Positions 32,848-34,732 of a stretch of 34,732 nucleotides of DNA are shown here, piece by piece. A program made the translations under genes and the position numbers. This DNA is from an uncultured Desulfobacterales bacterium (GTDB lineage Bacteria > Desulfobacterota > Desulfobacteria > Desulfobacterales > Desulfobacteraceae): assembly GCA_964346265.1 (NCBI GenBank), contig CAYFVA010000002.1, positions 1 through 34,732 on the forward strand. The letters are read 5' to 3'. Position 1 is the stretch's first letter. Each line of letters begins with the position of its first letter. The notes under the pieces are model-generated. The model worked only from the letters and a program-made list of their open reading frames with translations, had not been told where the DNA came from and ran no database searches.

Positions 32848-34380
32848 TTGCTTGCAAAAGTGAAAAGCAGTGCGATTGCAGGAATTGATGCGTATATCAT
32901 CGATGTGGAGGTGGATATTTCCTACGGCCTGCCCGTGTTCAGCATCGTCGGGCTTGCCGAAGTGTCAGTGAGAGAAAGCCGTGAACGGGTCCGGGCGGCC
33001 ATCAACAATTCAGGGTATACGTTTCCCCCGGATAAGGTGGTGGTGAACCTGGCCCCCGCAGATATCAAAAAAGAGAGCACCGGGCTTGATCTGCCGCTGG
33101 CAATGGGAATCTTGGCTTCGTCGAAAACCGTGTCCGAACAGGCCCTTGACGGGTATCTTTTGACCGGTGAGCTGTCCCTGGACGGTATGGTAAAACCGGT
33201 CAAGGGAGTTCTCCCTGCTGTTCTTGCGGCCCGTGCGAACCGGTACAAAGGAGTGGTGATTCCTTATGAAAACCGGTTCGAGGCCTCAATGGTGGACGGT
33301 ATCGACATCATCGCCGTCCGCACGTTGAGCGAAGTGGTGGATTTTTTTTCCGGTTTCCTTGCCATTGATCCGATTCCTGCGGACACAGAGGATTTTTTAC
33401 AACGCATAAATGATTTTGACGTCGATTTTTCAGACGTTCAGGGCCAGAACCATGCCAGACGTGCCATGGAAGTTGCCGCTGCCGGCGGTCACAATATCAT
33501 GATGACGGGACCGCCCGGGTCCGGTAAAAGCATGATGGCCCGGCGGATTCCCACGATTCTTCCTCCCCTCTCTTTTGAACAGGCCATCGAGGTGGTAAAA
33601 ATCTACTCAGTGGCCGGTGTTATGGGTGCCGGGCGTTCGTTTTCCGTGGGAAAACCGTTCCGGGCGCCCCATCATACCATATCCGACGCCGGTCTTGTCG
33701 GGGGCGGAACCCGGCCGGGGCCGGGTGAAGCCAGTCTTGCCCATAATGGAGTCCTGTTCCTTGACGAACTGCCGGAATTTAAGAAGAATGTGCTAGAAGT
33801 TCTCCGTCAGCCGCTTGAAGACGGCGATATTACCATTTCACGGGCGGGCGCCAGTGCGAATTTTCCGGCGGATTTCATGCTGGTGGCCGCAATGAATCCC
33901 TGCCCGTGCGGATATCTGGATGATCCGGGGGGCAGATGCTCCTGTTCCGGATCTCAGATCCAGAGATACCGTTCAAGACTTTCCGGTCCGTTGATGGACC
34001 GGATCGACATCCAGGTGGAGGTTCCCCGTGTCTCTTATACGGAACTTTCCGGCCAATCCGGGGTGTCCGAATCTTCGGCTGCGATCCGGGAGAGGGTCAT
34101 GGCGGTGGCGGATATTCAGAAAAGACGGTTTGAGGGGCTTGATGTCTCCTGTAATGCAGGAATGGACACCGGGAGCGTAAAAAGAGTATGCCGTCTGGAC
34201 GAAGAGAGCGAATCCATCCTTGAGAGGGCTGTGGAATCCCTCGGTCTGTCCGCAAGGGCGTACATCCGGATCCTCAAAATCGCAAGAACAATTGCCGACC
34301 TTGAAAACAATTCCCATATCACTTCCGGGCATGTGGCCGAGGCCATTCAGTACAGAAGCCTGGACAGACAAACCAACTGA
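32848..34380 (+). CDS. comM: YifB/ComM-family Mg-chelatase-like AAA+ ATPase
   Basis: LAKVKSSAIAGIDAYIIDVEVDISYGLPVFSIVGLAEVSVRESRERV..., Walker A GPPGSGKSM, GVLFLDELPEF, the Zn motif NPCPCGY...CSC, DRIDI and TIADLE. The start is set at TTG 32848, giving the family-typical M-LAKV N-terminus. The track ATG at 32800 lies inside the predicted -10 element. Confidence 0.85.
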   Translation: MLAKVKSSAIAGIDAYIIDVEVDISYGLPVFSIVGLAEVSVRESRERVRAAINNSGYTFPPDKVVVNLAPADIKKESTGLDLPLAMGILASSKTVSEQALDGYLLTGELSLDGMVKPVKGVLPAVLAARANRYKGVVIPYENRFEASMVDGIDIIAVRTLSEVVDFFSGFLAIDPIPADTEDFLQRINDFDVDFSDVQGQNHARRAMEVAAAGGHNIMMTGPPGSGKSMMARRIPTILPPLSFEQAIEVVKIYSVAGVMGAGRSFSVGKPFRAPHHTISDAGLVGGGTRPGPGEASLAHNGVLFLDELPEFKKNVLEVLRQPLEDGDITISRAGASANFPADFMLVAAMNPCPCGYLDDPGGRCSCSGSQIQRYRSRLSGPLMDRIDIQVEVPRVSYTELSGQSGVSESSAAIRERVMAVADIQKRRFEGLDVSCNAGMDTGSVKRVCRLDEESESILERAVESLGLSARAYIRILKIARTIADLENNSHITSGHVAEAIQYRSLDRQTN

Positions 34381-34394
34381 TACCTGGAAAACGG

Positions 34395-34732
34395 ATGATG
34401 ATAAAAAAGGATATCTTTCATAACGATCTGAAGCAAAAGCTGAAGGCTTCAGCCAATGACAAGCTTTTCTCATTTTTAATGGCGGACGGCATGCTCAGGG
34501 GAGCAGTGGTGAATACCACCCGGATGATCCGGGAGATGAGAGCCAATCACGAACTCGGCCCCCTTGAGACCCTTGTCCTTGGACACGCGTATACGGCGGC
34601 CGCTCTGATGACGGCAAACCTGAAGGGAAAAGACCGGCTCAGTCTTTCGATCCGCTGTTCCGGTCCTGTCAGGGGGGTGGACGTGGAGGCCAATGTGTTC
34701 GGCGAAGTCCGGGGGTTTTTGAAAAATCCGAA
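34395..34732 (+). CDS. hslO: Hsp33 family redox-regulated chaperone, N-terminal part (runs off the window)
   Basis: Not in the track because it is open at the edge. My translation is MMIKKDISHNDLKQKLKASANDKLFSFLMADGMLRGAVVNTTRMIREMRANHELGPLETLVLGHAYTAAALMTANLKGKDRLSLSIRCSGPVRGVDVEANVFGEVRGF. The pattern R-G..V......H.L.P.....LG......L...LK......I...GP is Hsp33-like. Confidence 0.75.
   Translation, partial: MMIKKDIFHNDLKQKLKASANDKLFSFLMADGMLRGAVVNTTRMIREMRANHELGPLETLVLGHAYTAAALMTANLKGKDRLSLSIRCSGPVRGVDVEANVFGEVRGFLKNP

Overview
This is a 34.7-kb, densely coding chromosomal segment with about 44 protein genes. I recognised no rRNA, tRNA, CRISPR array, transposase or integrase. The gene content includes class III anaerobic ribonucleotide reductase nrdDG, a TunR-like HTH-PBP regulator beside mobB, lpxC, an NtrYX-type two-component pair, tandem pilT paralogues and an HDOD/CheX/CheD chemosensory cluster. 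By inference this points to an anaerobic Gram-negative organism, probably a Desulfobacterota-type one. Left to right the window holds: (1) a minus-strand chemosensory string, GGDEF cyclase, CheW-domain gene, cheD, HDOD, cheY, cheX, then cheB truncated at the edge; (2) an HD hydrolase and panC; (3) an overlapping mobB, HD protein and exported protein chain; (4) aroK and the TunR-like regulator; (5) nrdD-nrdG-alr with NrdR-box-like sites; (6) a small membrane protein, a Nudix hydrolase and trmO; (7) a lower-GC islet with putP, an unlisted 36-aa membrane ORF, a small exported protein and a GntR/FadR regulator; (8) yggT, divIVA, pilT, a pilU-like gene and a zinc-ribbon/degenerate-receiver protein; (9) DUF47-PiT phosphate uptake genes facing a DHH phosphoesterase; (10) a tight minus-strand string, lpxC, DUF4390, ntrY, ntrX, rsmD, coaD, LysR, DHH; (11) comM/yifB and the start of hslO. 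I see no obvious defence island or mobile element. The most unusual items follow. A CheW-domain gene is split by a +1 frameshift in an A8 tract. The che cluster is atypical, combining GGDEF, HDOD and CheX. An uncharacterised zinc-ribbon pseudo-receiver protein is translationally coupled to the pilT pair. The NtrX-like activator has a degenerate GAFTGA loop. The compositionally distinct putP module carries a tiny accessory ORF. All functional calls come from reading the translated ORFs against remembered family signatures; no database search was run.
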